DNA of 43,108 nt from a virus. Positions 1 through 7,607 of this stretch are shown in pieces. The stretch is taken from IMG/VR virus record IMGVR_UViG_3300002461_000252, positions 1-43,108 of that record. The stretch is one strand, 5' to 3'. The stretch's first letter is position 1, and the number at the start of each line of letters is the position of its first letter. The position numbers and the translations under genes are program-made. Below the pieces are notes generated by a model. The model had not been told where the DNA came from, did no database searches, and was given only the letters and a program-made list of their open reading frames with translations.

Positions 1-36
1 ACGCGGAGGGCCTTACCGACACATTCACGTGCAATG
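1..36. repeat. 36-bp terminal identity with 43073..43108 (circular-assembly overlap or short terminal redundancy)
   Basis: ACGCGGAGGGCCTTACCGACACATTCACGTGCAATG is present at both extreme ends of the window. Confidence 0.95.
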
Positions 37-395
37 AGATGCACCGCACAATGGCAGATCGCGGGCTGCGGTTGGCGTCCACGGTGCCATCGGCTCAATG
101 CGTAAGAGAGGAGGAGGAAGATTTCTGCGCCGCATGTGGGCGTCACCGTTCAGTTCACCCTTATGATCTGTGCGGCATCTTCATTCCGCGCGAATCCTCA
201 ATTCCATCGGCGGATCTGGCACGGGATACCGAGTGCGACCATTGCCGAGGAACTGGAAGAGTCAACGTATCCCCATTCTCCTCCACTATGCACCATTGCG
301 ACCACGCCAAAATCATCTGCATGGACGGCGAATGGCACTGCCAAAGATGCGGCGCCGCCGTGTCATCCACGCATCCTTCGCAGGAGCGCCAGTGA
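1..395 (+). CDS. 3' portion of a junction-spanning Cys-rich protein (about 203 aa when joined to 42856..43072)
   Basis: The frame of ORF 39..395 is open back to nt 3 and matches the frame of the ORF starting at 42856 once the 36-nt duplicate is removed. Contains CAAC, CDHCRGTG (CxxCxGxG-like) and CQRC pairs. Confidence 0.7.
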   Translation, partial: AEGLTDTFTCNEMHRTMADRGLRLASTVPSAQCVREEEEDFCAACGRHRSVHPYDLCGIFIPRESSIPSADLARDTECDHCRGTGRVNVSPFSSTMHHCDHAKIICMDGEWHCQRCGAAVSSTHPSQERQ

Positions 396-396
396 C

Positions 397-576
397 ATGA
401 GCTACGACGACTGGAAAACGCACAACCCCGACGATGACCGCTGCGAATTTTGCGGCGCAGCCCCGTGGGAATCTCGCGGCGGATGGCAGCCAAATGGCTG
501 CACCGGCAAGTGCAACACCAGTTGGCGCGATCCGGATCACGAGTACGAGAAAATGCGAGATGAACCTCATTTTTAG
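397..576 (+). CDS. small hypothetical protein (59 aa)
   Basis: ATG lies 1 nt after the upstream stop, in the internal part of ORF 136..576. Contains a CEFC motif. No family recognised. Confidence 0.55.
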   Translation: MSYDDWKTHNPDDDRCEFCGAAPWESRGGWQPNGCTGKCNTSWRDPDHEYEKMRDEPHF

Positions 577-590
577 CAGGAGAGAACGCT

Positions 591-1034
591 ATGGAAATCA
601 ACGGCAAGAGAGTTGTGGACGCCACCAAGCCCATCGCCATCCACATCACCAAACGCGACACCACGGATGGCGACAACAAGAACCCGTCGTCATGCGCCGC
701 CGCGCGGGCGGTGAAGCGAGAGATTCCCGATTGCGTGAATGCTCGCGTCCATATCGGACGGGTCTACGTCGAAACCCCTAAGCAATGGGTTCGCTATAAC
801 ACGCCTGACGCGCTCCGAACGGAGATTATCGCCTTCGATCGCGGCGGCTCATTCGCCCCCGGAGAATACAAGCTGCAAGTGCCCGAGAAGCGCGACTACA
901 AGAAAACTCCATCAGGCACGCAATGGAACGGTGGCAATCGCGGTAAGCCAGCGAAGAAGCGGGCCAAGTTACTTGTCGCCAAGATCAAGCGGCACGAGGT
1001 GGCTGGCGTCCGCCCGAAAGGCGCCAACCGATGA
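591..1034 (+). CDS. hypothetical protein with a basic C-terminus (147 aa)
   Basis: AGGAGA Shine-Dalgarno upstream of the ATG. Long ORF in the operon orientation. KPAKKRAK tail. Confidence 0.75.
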   Translation: MEINGKRVVDATKPIAIHITKRDTTDGDNKNPSSCAAARAVKREIPDCVNARVHIGRVYVETPKQWVRYNTPDALRTEIIAFDRGGSFAPGEYKLQVPEKRDYKKTPSGTQWNGGNRGKPAKKRAKLLVAKIKRHEVAGVRPKGANR

Positions 1035-1039
1035 CCCAG

Positions 1040-1115
1040 GCCCCGGTAGCTCAATCGGTAGAGCAGTCGCATTGTAGGCGAACGGTCGGGGGTTCGACTC
1101 CTCTCCGGGGCACCA
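1040..1115 (+). tRNA. tRNA-Thr (anticodon UGU), CCA encoded
   Basis: Hand-folded cloverleaf: acceptor GCCCCGG/CCGGGGC, D arm GCTC..GAGC, anticodon stem GTCGC/GCGAA with loop ATTGTAG, T arm GGGGG-TTCGACT-CCTCT, then A-CCA. Confidence 0.8.
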
Positions 1116-1140
1116 CCACGCTTTCGTCGCGAGACCGAGC

Positions 1141-1392
1141 ATGACAATCGCACAGCTCTGGTCAATCATTCGAGGTCGGCGCACCAACTACCGATGGGCC
1201 AATGCCTCTTGGACCTCGGAAGAACGCGGGCGCTACATCGATCGAGACCAAATGAACGTGCTCGACGCGGTAGGCCCGATGCTCGACGCATGGGATTCGC
1301 TCAGTAATGACGAGCGCGGTAGCATCAACCAAGATGCGCCTTTGTTTGTGAAGCACCTGACAAAACTTAGGTATCTAGCGGAGGCGCAATGA
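1141..1392 (+). CDS. hypothetical protein (83 aa)
   Basis: ORF in operon orientation. Its stop overlaps the next start (ATGA). Confidence 0.65.
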   Translation: MTIAQLWSIIRGRRTNYRWANASWTSEERGRYIDRDQMNVLDAVGPMLDAWDSLSNDERGSINQDAPLFVKHLTKLRYLAEAQ

Positions 1393-1649
1393 CGATATTC
1401 AAACCCGAAGGGCTTTCATCTGCGGCGGTCGAGATGCTGGGCCAGCTTTACGTCAGCGGCCCCACTTGGGATGGTAACGTGTCCAGCAAAGTAGGGCGCG
1501 GCGAACTCTGCCGGGCTGGCCTCGCATGGCACGAACACGGCTATGCTTCGTTGACGCCAGAGGGCGTCCGAACGGCTGTGGAGTGGCCGATTGCCGATCT
1601 CCAGCGCCGCCATGACGACCGCTGGCTTAAGAAGCGGAGGGATTCATGA
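1389..1649 (+). CDS. hypothetical protein (86 aa)
   Basis: ATGA start/stop overlaps at both ends (translational coupling). Confidence 0.7.
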   Translation: MTIFKPEGLSSAAVEMLGQLYVSGPTWDGNVSSKVGRGELCRAGLAWHEHGYASLTPEGVRTAVEWPIADLQRRHDDRWLKKRRDS

Positions 1650-1900
1650 CCAAGACACAATATTATTCGGCAGATTACGTTCAAGGCTATCATGCCGGCC
1701 TTGAGCGCGCCGCCAAATATCACGATGACCATGCCAGCGATTGCCGAGCGATAGCCGCAGTCAACAGCGACAACGATCTCGGTCCCGACTGCGAGACGCA
1801 CGCCATTGACCATGATGTGGCCGCAGATGAAATCCGGGGTATCTCGCAGGCAACGAAGCCTGTCACTCGCGATCCTGTGGGAACACGGGGGACGACATGA
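1646..1900 (+). CDS. hypothetical protein (84 aa)
   Basis: ATGA overlaps with both neighbours. Confidence 0.7.
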   Translation: MTKTQYYSADYVQGYHAGLERAAKYHDDHASDCRAIAAVNSDNDLGPDCETHAIDHDVAADEIRGISQATKPVTRDPVGTRGTT

Positions 1901-2115
1901 GCGGCTGTCCCTTGATGACCGACATCGCCCATTGCCCTCTCTACATCGAGAGCCACAACGCGGCCGGGCTTGGCTGCGTTGATGACATGGCGCGACCCTG
2001 CCGCGTCGCTCGCGGCGAACTGAATTTCCAAGCGCAAATTTTGGTTTTGGCGTCGAAGGGCATCCAGCATCCGGGGATGTTGGAATCCGTCCAGACAGTC
2101 GGGAGGATGCAATGA
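1897..2115 (+). CDS. small Cys-rich hypothetical protein (72 aa)
   Basis: ATGA-coupled to both neighbours. Four Cys in the first 35 residues. Confidence 0.65.
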   Translation: MSGCPLMTDIAHCPLYIESHNAAGLGCVDDMARPCRVARGELNFQAQILVLASKGIQHPGMLESVQTVGRMQ

Positions 2116-2444
2116 CGCACGGCCCCTATTTCCACGTCACCCAAAACGAGAAAGATATGTGCGAGGAGTGCTATCGCGAGCAGCAGGCGGCTGCGAAACT
2201 GGCGCCGTCGAAAAGTGTCGAGCGCCTAGCCCTTGCCCAGATGGTTTATGAAGCTGTCCGCTTCGCGAATTTCATGGCCGGCGAAGGCATCTGTCCAGCC
2301 GACGACTGCCAAGAGGCCAGAGACCCAGCCATCTTCCTGTCCGAATACGTGACCGCCATCGATGGCGACGATTACGAAGGGCTCGCCGAGGTCGCAAGGG
2401 CGGCTGTCATCGCTGGTGTTGTCGGAGCAACGAAACAGCCATGA
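2112..2444 (+). CDS. hypothetical protein (110 aa)
   Basis: ATGA-coupled. Contains CEEC. Confidence 0.7.
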   Translation: MTHGPYFHVTQNEKDMCEECYREQQAAAKLAPSKSVERLALAQMVYEAVRFANFMAGEGICPADDCQEARDPAIFLSEYVTAIDGDDYEGLAEVARAAVIAGVVGATKQP

Positions 2445-2821
2445 CCCTCCCGGCCGACGACGAGCCGATCACGCTGAAGGAAGCCTCGGAGATATTCTTC
2501 CGCGGGCGCCGGTCGCCGGCTGTGCTGAAGAACCAAGCTGAGGCCGGCAACCTTGCTGTTTCCAAAATCGGCGGTAAATACTTCACGACGATAACTGACC
2601 TGAAGGTGATGGTGGAAAAATGCCGCGTCAAAGCAGAGGCCCCCATCTCTGGCTCGACAAAGACCGCGATCGGTGGACAATCATCGACCGAAAGCGCCGT
2701 ACTCGCACTCCGTTCTCTTCAGAGCAGCTTTCGGAAGCCGAAGGCGCGCTCAGCGACTACCTCACCGACAAGCACACGCCCGCGGTCAAAGACGACAACC
2801 CGCCACTCGCAGACCTATTGA
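2441..2821 (+). CDS. excisionase-like / HTH DNA-binding protein
   Basis: N-terminus ITLKEASEIF...LAVSKIGGKYFTTITDLKVMVEKC resembles the short HTH proteins found upstream of tyrosine integrases. The ORF overlaps int by 202 nt, so the true 3' end or function is uncertain. Confidence 0.55.
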   Translation: MTLPADDEPITLKEASEIFFRGRRSPAVLKNQAEAGNLAVSKIGGKYFTTITDLKVMVEKCRVKAEAPISGSTKTAIGGQSSTESAVLALRSLQSSFRKPKARSATTSPTSTRPRSKTTTRHSQTY

Positions 2822-3672
2822 AGGCATATTTGGTGGAGCATCTGCATCAGATCCCGTCCGGCTCGAACACCGAATACAACGTTCGGAACCTCGCCAAATG
2901 GTGGGGCCTGAAGCGGCTTGCCGAAGTGACGGCGGCCAATTGCATCGCCTATGCCGAGACGAAGAACCGGCCCGGCGCGCGCAATGACCTGAAGGTGATG
3001 CGATCGGCTATCAACCACTGGCACAAATTCCACGGCCCGTTGAAGGCGATTCCGCCGGTCGTTTTGCCGAAAGCGTCGGCGCCGCGGGAACGCTACCTGA
3101 CCCGCACCGAGGCCGCGAAGCTGCTGAAGGCCGCGCGCCATACGCCCAGGCTCGCCCGGTTTATTGTGATAGGCTGGCACACGGGTTCGCGCTCGAACAA
3201 CATCTTCGGGCTGCGCTGGGACATGATCGATTTCAAAACCGGGATGATGCAGCGGCGCGCGGCCGGCGCTGTCGAGAGCCACAAGCGGACACCGCCGGTT
3301 CGGGTTAGCGGCCGGTTGCTGGCGCACCTGCGGCGATGGAGGCGGATCGACGTAGCGGAGCTCGCAGCCACCAACGAGGTGCGGGCCGCCAAGGGCGAAG
3401 CGCTGCTGAAGCCATGCCCTTATGTGGTGCACTGGCATTTCAAGAGGATTTCGAAGCTGCAAAAGACGTGGCCGAAGGCGGTCGAGGCTGCCGAGCTCGG
3501 CGACGACGTGACACCGCACGTCCTGCGGCATTCCAGGGTCACCCACCTGCTCCGGAACGGCATATCCATTTGGGACACGGCGAAGGCGGTCGGGATGACC
3601 GCGGAGATGGTGGAGCGGGTATACGGCCACCATCATCCGGACTGGCAGAAAGGGGCTTCACAAGTCCATTAG
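2620..3672 (+). CDS. int: tyrosine recombinase / phage integrase
   Basis: HTGSRSNNIFGLRWDMID (catalytic Arg box), HVLRHSRVTHLL (HxxR) and VYGHHH (Tyr) motifs. Lies next to a tRNA-like att site. Confidence 0.95.
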   Translation: MPRQSRGPHLWLDKDRDRWTIIDRKRRTRTPFSSEQLSEAEGALSDYLTDKHTPAVKDDNPPLADLLKAYLVEHLHQIPSGSNTEYNVRNLAKWWGLKRLAEVTAANCIAYAETKNRPGARNDLKVMRSAINHWHKFHGPLKAIPPVVLPKASAPRERYLTRTEAAKLLKAARHTPRLARFIVIGWHTGSRSNNIFGLRWDMIDFKTGMMQRRAAGAVESHKRTPPVRVSGRLLAHLRRWRRIDVAELAATNEVRAAKGEALLKPCPYVVHWHFKRISKLQKTWPKAVEAAELGDDVTPHVLRHSRVTHLLRNGISIWDTAKAVGMTAEMVERVYGHHHPDWQKGASQVH

Positions 3673-3727
3673 GTTACCGTAGGATTACCAAACTGATTTT
3701 CGAAATGCGAGAAGTGGTTGGTTTTAT

Positions 3728-3772
3728 TGGTCGGAGCGAGAGGATTTGAACCTCCGACCCCTAGTCTCCCAG
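3728..3772 (-). other. attP core: copy of the 3' part (anticodon loop to CCA) of a tRNA-Pro(GGG)-like gene
   Basis: The reverse complement reads CTGGGAGACTAGGGGTCGGAGGTTCAAATCCTCTCGCTCCGACCA, that is T arm GGAGG-TTCAAAT-CCTCT plus a 3' acceptor strand and CCA. There is no matching 5' half. Lies 55 nt downstream of int. Confidence 0.7.
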
Positions 3773-3829
3773 CTACATTCTCACCTCGCAAGTCGTTGAT
3801 ATATAGACAACTCACGCGAGCGAATAACC

Positions 3830-4627
3830 ATGAACGAACAGAGAAACAATCCGGGTAGTGTTACCGATGGGTTACCGCTTCACCCCGGCCATCGCCCTGC
3901 CCCTATCGGCGAAAAGTTCGGGCGCCTGACCGTCCTCGGGGCCGTCCATGTCGGCACGGGCCGGGCCGGTCATTACCAATGGCGCTGCCGCTGCGATTGC
4001 GGAACCGAGGTCGTCACCAAGGCAAACGGCGTTCGCTCCGGACACACCGTCTCCTGCGGCTGCTTCAACCGGGAGAGGGTCAGCCAAACGCACCGCCGGC
4101 ACGGAATGAGCTACACGCCAGCCTATCTGAACTGGCAGAACATGATCCAGCGATGCGAGAACCCCAAGAACCCGAAGTTCCCGATTTATGGTGCCCGCGG
4201 TATCACGGTTTGCGAGCGATGGAAGACCTTCGAGAACTTCCGAGACGACATGGGGCCGCGCCCATCACTGCACTACACAATCGACCGGATCGACAACGAC
4301 AAGGGCTACTCACCGGACAACTGCCGATGGGCGACGAAACGAGAGCAATCATTGAACACGCGGCGCAGCATCGCGAAACGCGCCAGAGCATTGGGAGTTA
4401 GAATTATGTCAAACGAGAACACCGAATCTACTTGCCACGACTTGCTCGTCCTGCGGAAGAAATTCGGGGCACATTCGCCGGCCGGACACGCCTGCTCAAA
4501 CCTGAACGAGCAGATCCTTGCAATGAGAACCTACGTCCGGCCGGCCTGGGCGACGCACGAGGCGCAAACCCTGCAATGGAAAATGCGGCAACAGATGCCG
4601 GCGCTGGGGCAAGCCGTCGCGATCTGA
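3830..4627 (+). CDS. HNH-like / IDRID-motif DNA-binding protein with an extra C-terminal region
   Basis: GRLTVL...W.C.CDCG...SCGC zinc-ribbon-like N-terminus, then YLNWQNMIQRC..YGARGITVCERW...IDRIDNDKGYSPDNCRWATKREQ, as in phage HNH_3-type proteins. No clear SD. Confidence 0.75.
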   Translation: MNEQRNNPGSVTDGLPLHPGHRPAPIGEKFGRLTVLGAVHVGTGRAGHYQWRCRCDCGTEVVTKANGVRSGHTVSCGCFNRERVSQTHRRHGMSYTPAYLNWQNMIQRCENPKNPKFPIYGARGITVCERWKTFENFRDDMGPRPSLHYTIDRIDNDKGYSPDNCRWATKREQSLNTRRSIAKRARALGVRIMSNENTESTCHDLLVLRKKFGAHSPAGHACSNLNEQILAMRTYVRPAWATHEAQTLQWKMRQQMPALGQAVAI

Positions 4628-4652
4628 GTGATGACCGACAACCGAGGATGAC

Positions 4653-4904
4653 ATGGATGAATATCGGGCCGTGCCGGGATATGAAGGTTTGTACGAATTG
4701 ACCCCGGACGGTCGCCTGTTCTCGGTCGAACGGAAAATTCTGCAAGAGGATTCGGATGGTCGAAAATTCTATCGCCTGATTAAGAGGCGGCAAAAGGCAG
4801 TAACCGCCAACGGGCGCGGCTACAAGGCGTACAACCTGCACAAAGATAACCGGCAAACGTGCCGGTTGATTTCAACACTGATCCGAGACACCTATGGGAG
4901 ATAA
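4653..4904 (+). CDS. NUMOD4-motif protein (N-terminal module of a homing endonuclease only)
   Basis: YRAVPGYEGLYELTPDGRLFS matches the NUMOD4 signature. GAGGA SD. Only 83 aa and no nuclease motif follows. Confidence 0.7.
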   Translation: MDEYRAVPGYEGLYELTPDGRLFSVERKILQEDSDGRKFYRLIKRRQKAVTANGRGYKAYNLHKDNRQTCRLISTLIRDTYGR

Positions 4905-4906
4905 AT

Positions 4907-5128
4907 GTGAGCGCCGATGACCATCTCGATCTTAGATACATCCCGATCACCGGCCCAGGAGTTGACGCTCTAGAGGCCCGCAAAGAATGTGACGACGGCC
5001 CGTCAGAAGGTGAAGTGACGGAACGGGCAAGGCAATATTTCAGAAGGTATGGGCCGCCCGACTGGTCGGCTGATGTCCTTCGCAAGGTTCAAGAACTGTG
5101 TCGGGAAAAACGTCACTCGCGGTCTTGA
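4907..5128 (+). CDS. hypothetical protein (73 aa; alternative GTG start at 4859)
   Basis: GTG at 4907 is preceded by GGGAG and starts 3 nt after the upstream stop. The 4859 start has no SD and overlaps the upstream gene. Confidence 0.5.
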   Translation: MSADDHLDLRYIPITGPGVDALEARKECDDGPSEGEVTERARQYFRRYGPPDWSADVLRKVQELCREKRHSRS

Positions 5129-5150
5129 GCAGAGCGTTGGGAGGACAACA

Positions 5151-5378
5151 ATGGACGATATAATGCAGCGACTGGCGAAGCAGATGGAGGCGGAATTGTT
5201 CGCGACGATCACAGGTCCGCCCCGCAAGCAGCCCCAGACGGCCCTGCGGATGCACGGCAATGGCTTCGAGACGGTCGAGCTAGACGACGCCGGGAAGATC
5301 ATCGAACCGCCGCCAAGGTGCTGCTACGGCGGCGCCCTGCACGCCCCGAATTGCAAGACCTGGGGCAGCCTCACATAA
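5151..5378 (+). CDS. hypothetical protein (75 aa)
   Basis: GGGAGG SD 6 nt upstream of the ATG, in the internal part of ORF 5049..5378. Confidence 0.6.
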   Translation: MDDIMQRLAKQMEAELFATITGPPRKQPQTALRMHGNGFETVELDDAGKIIEPPPRCCYGGALHAPNCKTWGSLT

Positions 5379-5401
5379 CAACTGCTAAACAGGAAATACC
5401 G

Positions 5402-5554
5402 ATGACACTTAAAATGAAACCGATCCCGCCTAATCCCGATATGGAAAAGGCACTCAAAGCGGCAAAAGAGCGTTGGGAAACCCTGACGAAAGAGGAACAA
5501 GAAGCCGAACTTCGATTGCAGCGCGAGAGTTGGACGCGGCAGGATATGGATTAG
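5402..5554 (+). CDS. small hypothetical protein (50 aa)
   Basis: ATG preceded by CAGGAAA. Charged helical sequence. Confidence 0.5.
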   Translation: MTLKMKPIPPNPDMEKALKAAKERWETLTKEEQEAELRLQRESWTRQDMD

Positions 5555-5583
5555 CTGGTGCTAAGCGAAAGGTGAAAGAGACA

Positions 5584-5826
5584 ATGGCAGACCCAACGAA
5601 TTTCCGCCGCGAACGGATCGAGAAACTACTGCACGAGCTGCGGTACGAGGTCGAGCGCGGGATGCTGGAACGCGACATCGACGAGGAAATGGGATTCCGA
5701 TTCTACGTCCCGATCAGCAACAAGATCCCTGACGGCGTGGTGTTCTGCGAATTTCGGACGCGGCCGGTCCCGCGTCAAGCAATGAGCCCCGAGGACATGC
5801 AGCCTAGGCTTCGCGTCGTCAAATAG
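5584..5826 (+). CDS. hypothetical protein (80 aa)
   Basis: AAGGTGAAAGAG upstream of the ATG. Last gene of the plus-strand arm. Confidence 0.6.
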   Translation: MADPTNFRRERIEKLLHELRYEVERGMLERDIDEEMGFRFYVPISNKIPDGVVFCEFRTRPVPRQAMSPEDMQPRLRVVK

Positions 5827-5859
5827 CATTCCCGGTGCTGGCCAATCCTCACTGGACTG

Positions 5860-5895
5860 AAAAAAGCCGCGACGCCCAATCAAGGACGCCGCGGC
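5860..5895 (-). terminator. hairpin with a U-run (minus-strand sense) at the convergence point of the two arms
   Basis: AAAAAA-GCCGCGACG-loop-CGCCGCGGC on the plus strand. On the minus strand this is a GC stem followed by TTTTTT. Confidence 0.5.
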
Positions 5896-6084
5896 CAAGT
5901 CACAGGAGGGCGTTGCCAGATACAGAGGCAACAACTGCCGGCAGAAAACGGAAACCGGCAGTAGCGGACGGCGCGGAAAGCGCCGAATTACTTGGCTGCA
6001 TTAAGCATTCCGACAACTACCAAGATAACAAGGGCAGTGACGATGATCCCCTCTATGCTCATTGGCCTGATCCGTTTAAATCAG

Positions 6085-6306
6085 TCACTTGAGGCACCGC
6101 CGGGCTTCCTTTATCTGTGCCGCCGAGTAGCCCTGCAGCTTCGCCCATGCGAAGGCGTACAGCTTGCCATGCTCTGCCACCTTGGCGCGGACAAGCGAAC
6201 AGGTGACGCCCGGAGGAAGTTCTGGAGGGTCTGCCGCCCTCGCCGTGACGCAAGTTGCGACCAGGACAAGGGCGGACAGCACGGGGATTGCCCAGAGGCG
6301 GATCAT
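6085..6306 (-). CDS. small secreted protein (signal peptide, 73 aa)
   Basis: MIRLWAIPVLSALVLVATCVTARA-AD looks like a Sec signal. The mature part has 2 Cys. The start is 2 nt after the upstream stop. Confidence 0.6.
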   Translation of the reverse strand: MIRLWAIPVLSALVLVATCVTARAADPPELPPGVTCSLVRAKVAEHGKLYAFAWAKLQGYSAAQIKEARRCLK

Positions 6307-6308
6307 TA

Positions 6309-6488
6309 TTAATCCATCGGCAGACGTTGGCCTTGAATAAAACCCATCAGCCACAAGGGCCAAAGAGCGCCCCGCAGAAGCGCAAGGCCCAGTGTGACCG
6401 GCCCGATGCTCATATTGAAGAAAAACGCCAATATTGCTGCCACGCCGTAAATTGACGCCACGATCAAGAGAGTGGTTCCGAGTGACAT
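6309..6488 (-). CDS. small membrane protein with two hydrophobic helices (59 aa)
   Basis: LLIVASIYGVAAILAFFF and GLALLRGALWPLWLMGF segments. ATG at 6488, with a GTG at 6491. Confidence 0.6.
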   Translation of the reverse strand: MSLGTTLLIVASIYGVAAILAFFFNMSIGPVTLGLALLRGALWPLWLMGFIQGQRLPMD

Positions 6489-6492
6489 CACT

Positions 6493-6822
6493 TTAGGCGT
6501 CTCCGTTCCCTTTGAAGTACGTTATAAAGCCTCGCCATAGTGCCCGCATGCCGTAGCGTTTAGTGTCGCCAACAGGCGTAGACATCGTACTCCAAAAACC
6601 AAAGGGCGAGGTTGCATCCAGATCGTGAGGAAATCGGCCGGCACTTACCCATCGCGTCTGAAATGTTCCATCTTCCATTGATCCGCCGTATCCCGGAAAA
6701 TCACGACGCTCCATAAATTCGGCGCGCATCAAACCGAAACACCACGGCGCAATACGGCAGTCGCCCGTGCGGTGCCATGGAGTTGGGCCATGCTTCTTCC
6801 ATGGCTTGTTGCGGTTACTCAT
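6493..6822 (-). CDS. Trp-rich hypothetical protein (109 aa)
   Basis: ATGA overlap with the upstream gene. No family recognised. Confidence 0.65.
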   Translation of the reverse strand: MSNRNKPWKKHGPTPWHRTGDCRIAPWCFGLMRAEFMERRDFPGYGGSMEDGTFQTRWVSAGRFPHDLDATSPFGFWSTMSTPVGDTKRYGMRALWRGFITYFKGNGDA

Positions 6823-7022
6823 GGCGCTTCGTCCTTTTCGATCGTGATCCGGTACGTCTCGCCCGGCGCGAAGTCACCATGCTCTTTCAACACGTTCAAC
6901 AACGCGGTTTCCTCCGGATGGTTCGGGGATTTCTGCCAGGTGAAGAGAGCCTTCACTAATCTTCCGGTGGGAACAGCGGCTTGACATTGGGCCTTGACCA
7001 ACACCTCAGTTTGTCCGCGCAA
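6819..7022 (-). CDS. hypothetical protein (start uncertain; TTG at 7022 or GTG at 7004)
   Basis: ORF fills the gap between neighbours. There is no ATG start. Confidence 0.45.
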   Translation of the reverse strand: MRGQTEVLVKAQCQAAVPTGRLVKALFTWQKSPNHPEETALLNVLKEHGDFAPGETYRITIEKDEAP

Positions 7023-7575
7023 TCACAAACCCGATCACGCCGACCGCTGCGGCAACGCTGGCAACAACCTGCACAATCACGGCGGCCGATAGTCCGACGC
7101 CCCTCGATTGACCTTCCCTGGTGTCGTTCCGCGACTTGAGATCGTTGATCTTGTCGTCCATGTTTTTCGCCACGGACTGCAACAGGGTTTGCCCTTGGTC
7201 GATCAACTTGGTAAAGTTGTTTTCCATCTTGGCGAGGGCGACGCTGTTGCTCTCGTTGGTTGCTCCGGCAGCTTCCTTTTGTGCCTGTAGCGCCGCCGCG
7301 ATCGCCGTCTTATCGGCTATCGATAGCTGTTCGGTGCGCTTGTCGCGCTCGGCAAATTGTGTGGCGATGCCTTCGAAGCGCTGTTGCGTGACGTTGCCGA
7401 GAACCTTTAGCTCTACGGCGATTAGCTCGTGAAGCGCTTCCCGTGCCGCATCGCTCGCATTGAGCCGCGTTTCCATCAACTCCTTGAGGTTCTCAATTTC
7501 GCGCCGGAGATTCTCCGTGGTGAGCAGCGTCGGATCTGGGTCCGGCTTGCTGATAGTCGGTGATTGGTTTACCAA
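7006..7575 (-). CDS. coiled-coil protein with a C-terminal transmembrane anchor (189 aa)
   Basis: Heptad-like N-terminal 150 aa, then GLSAAVIVQVVASVAAAVGVIGFVI. TTG start preceded by AGGGG. Confidence 0.7.
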   Translation of the reverse strand: MVNQSPTISKPDPDPTLLTTENLRREIENLKELMETRLNASDAAREALHELIAVELKVLGNVTQQRFEGIATQFAERDKRTEQLSIADKTAIAAALQAQKEAAGATNESNSVALAKMENNFTKLIDQGQTLLQSVAKNMDDKINDLKSRNDTREGQSRGVGLSAAVIVQVVASVAAAVGVIGFVIARTN

Positions 7576-7607
7576 TTCATGCCCCTGTTATAGGGGCGAT
7601 GCCCCCG

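Noticed and set aside
1-36. The 36-bp end repeat as true direct terminal repeats or cos ends.
   Set aside because: The repeat lies inside an ORF that is continuous across the junction, and it is exactly at the window edges, which is what a circular-assembly overlap looks like. True termini cannot be excluded without read data.
361-660. Near-matches to DnaA boxes (TCATCCACG at about 363, CCATCCACA at about 643).
   Set aside because: They are isolated 7/9 matches inside coding regions and not clustered. They are not distinguishable from chance by eye.
2815-3636. 273-aa minus-strand ORF.
   Set aside because: It is antisense to the integrase gene, which carries the catalytic R...HxxR...Y motifs.
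5935-5961. Second hairpin (CTGCCGG-N13-CCGGCAG) in the convergent intergenic region, as a terminator.
   Set aside because: It is a perfect 7-bp stem, but there is no adjacent U-run on either strand. It was left unannotated.
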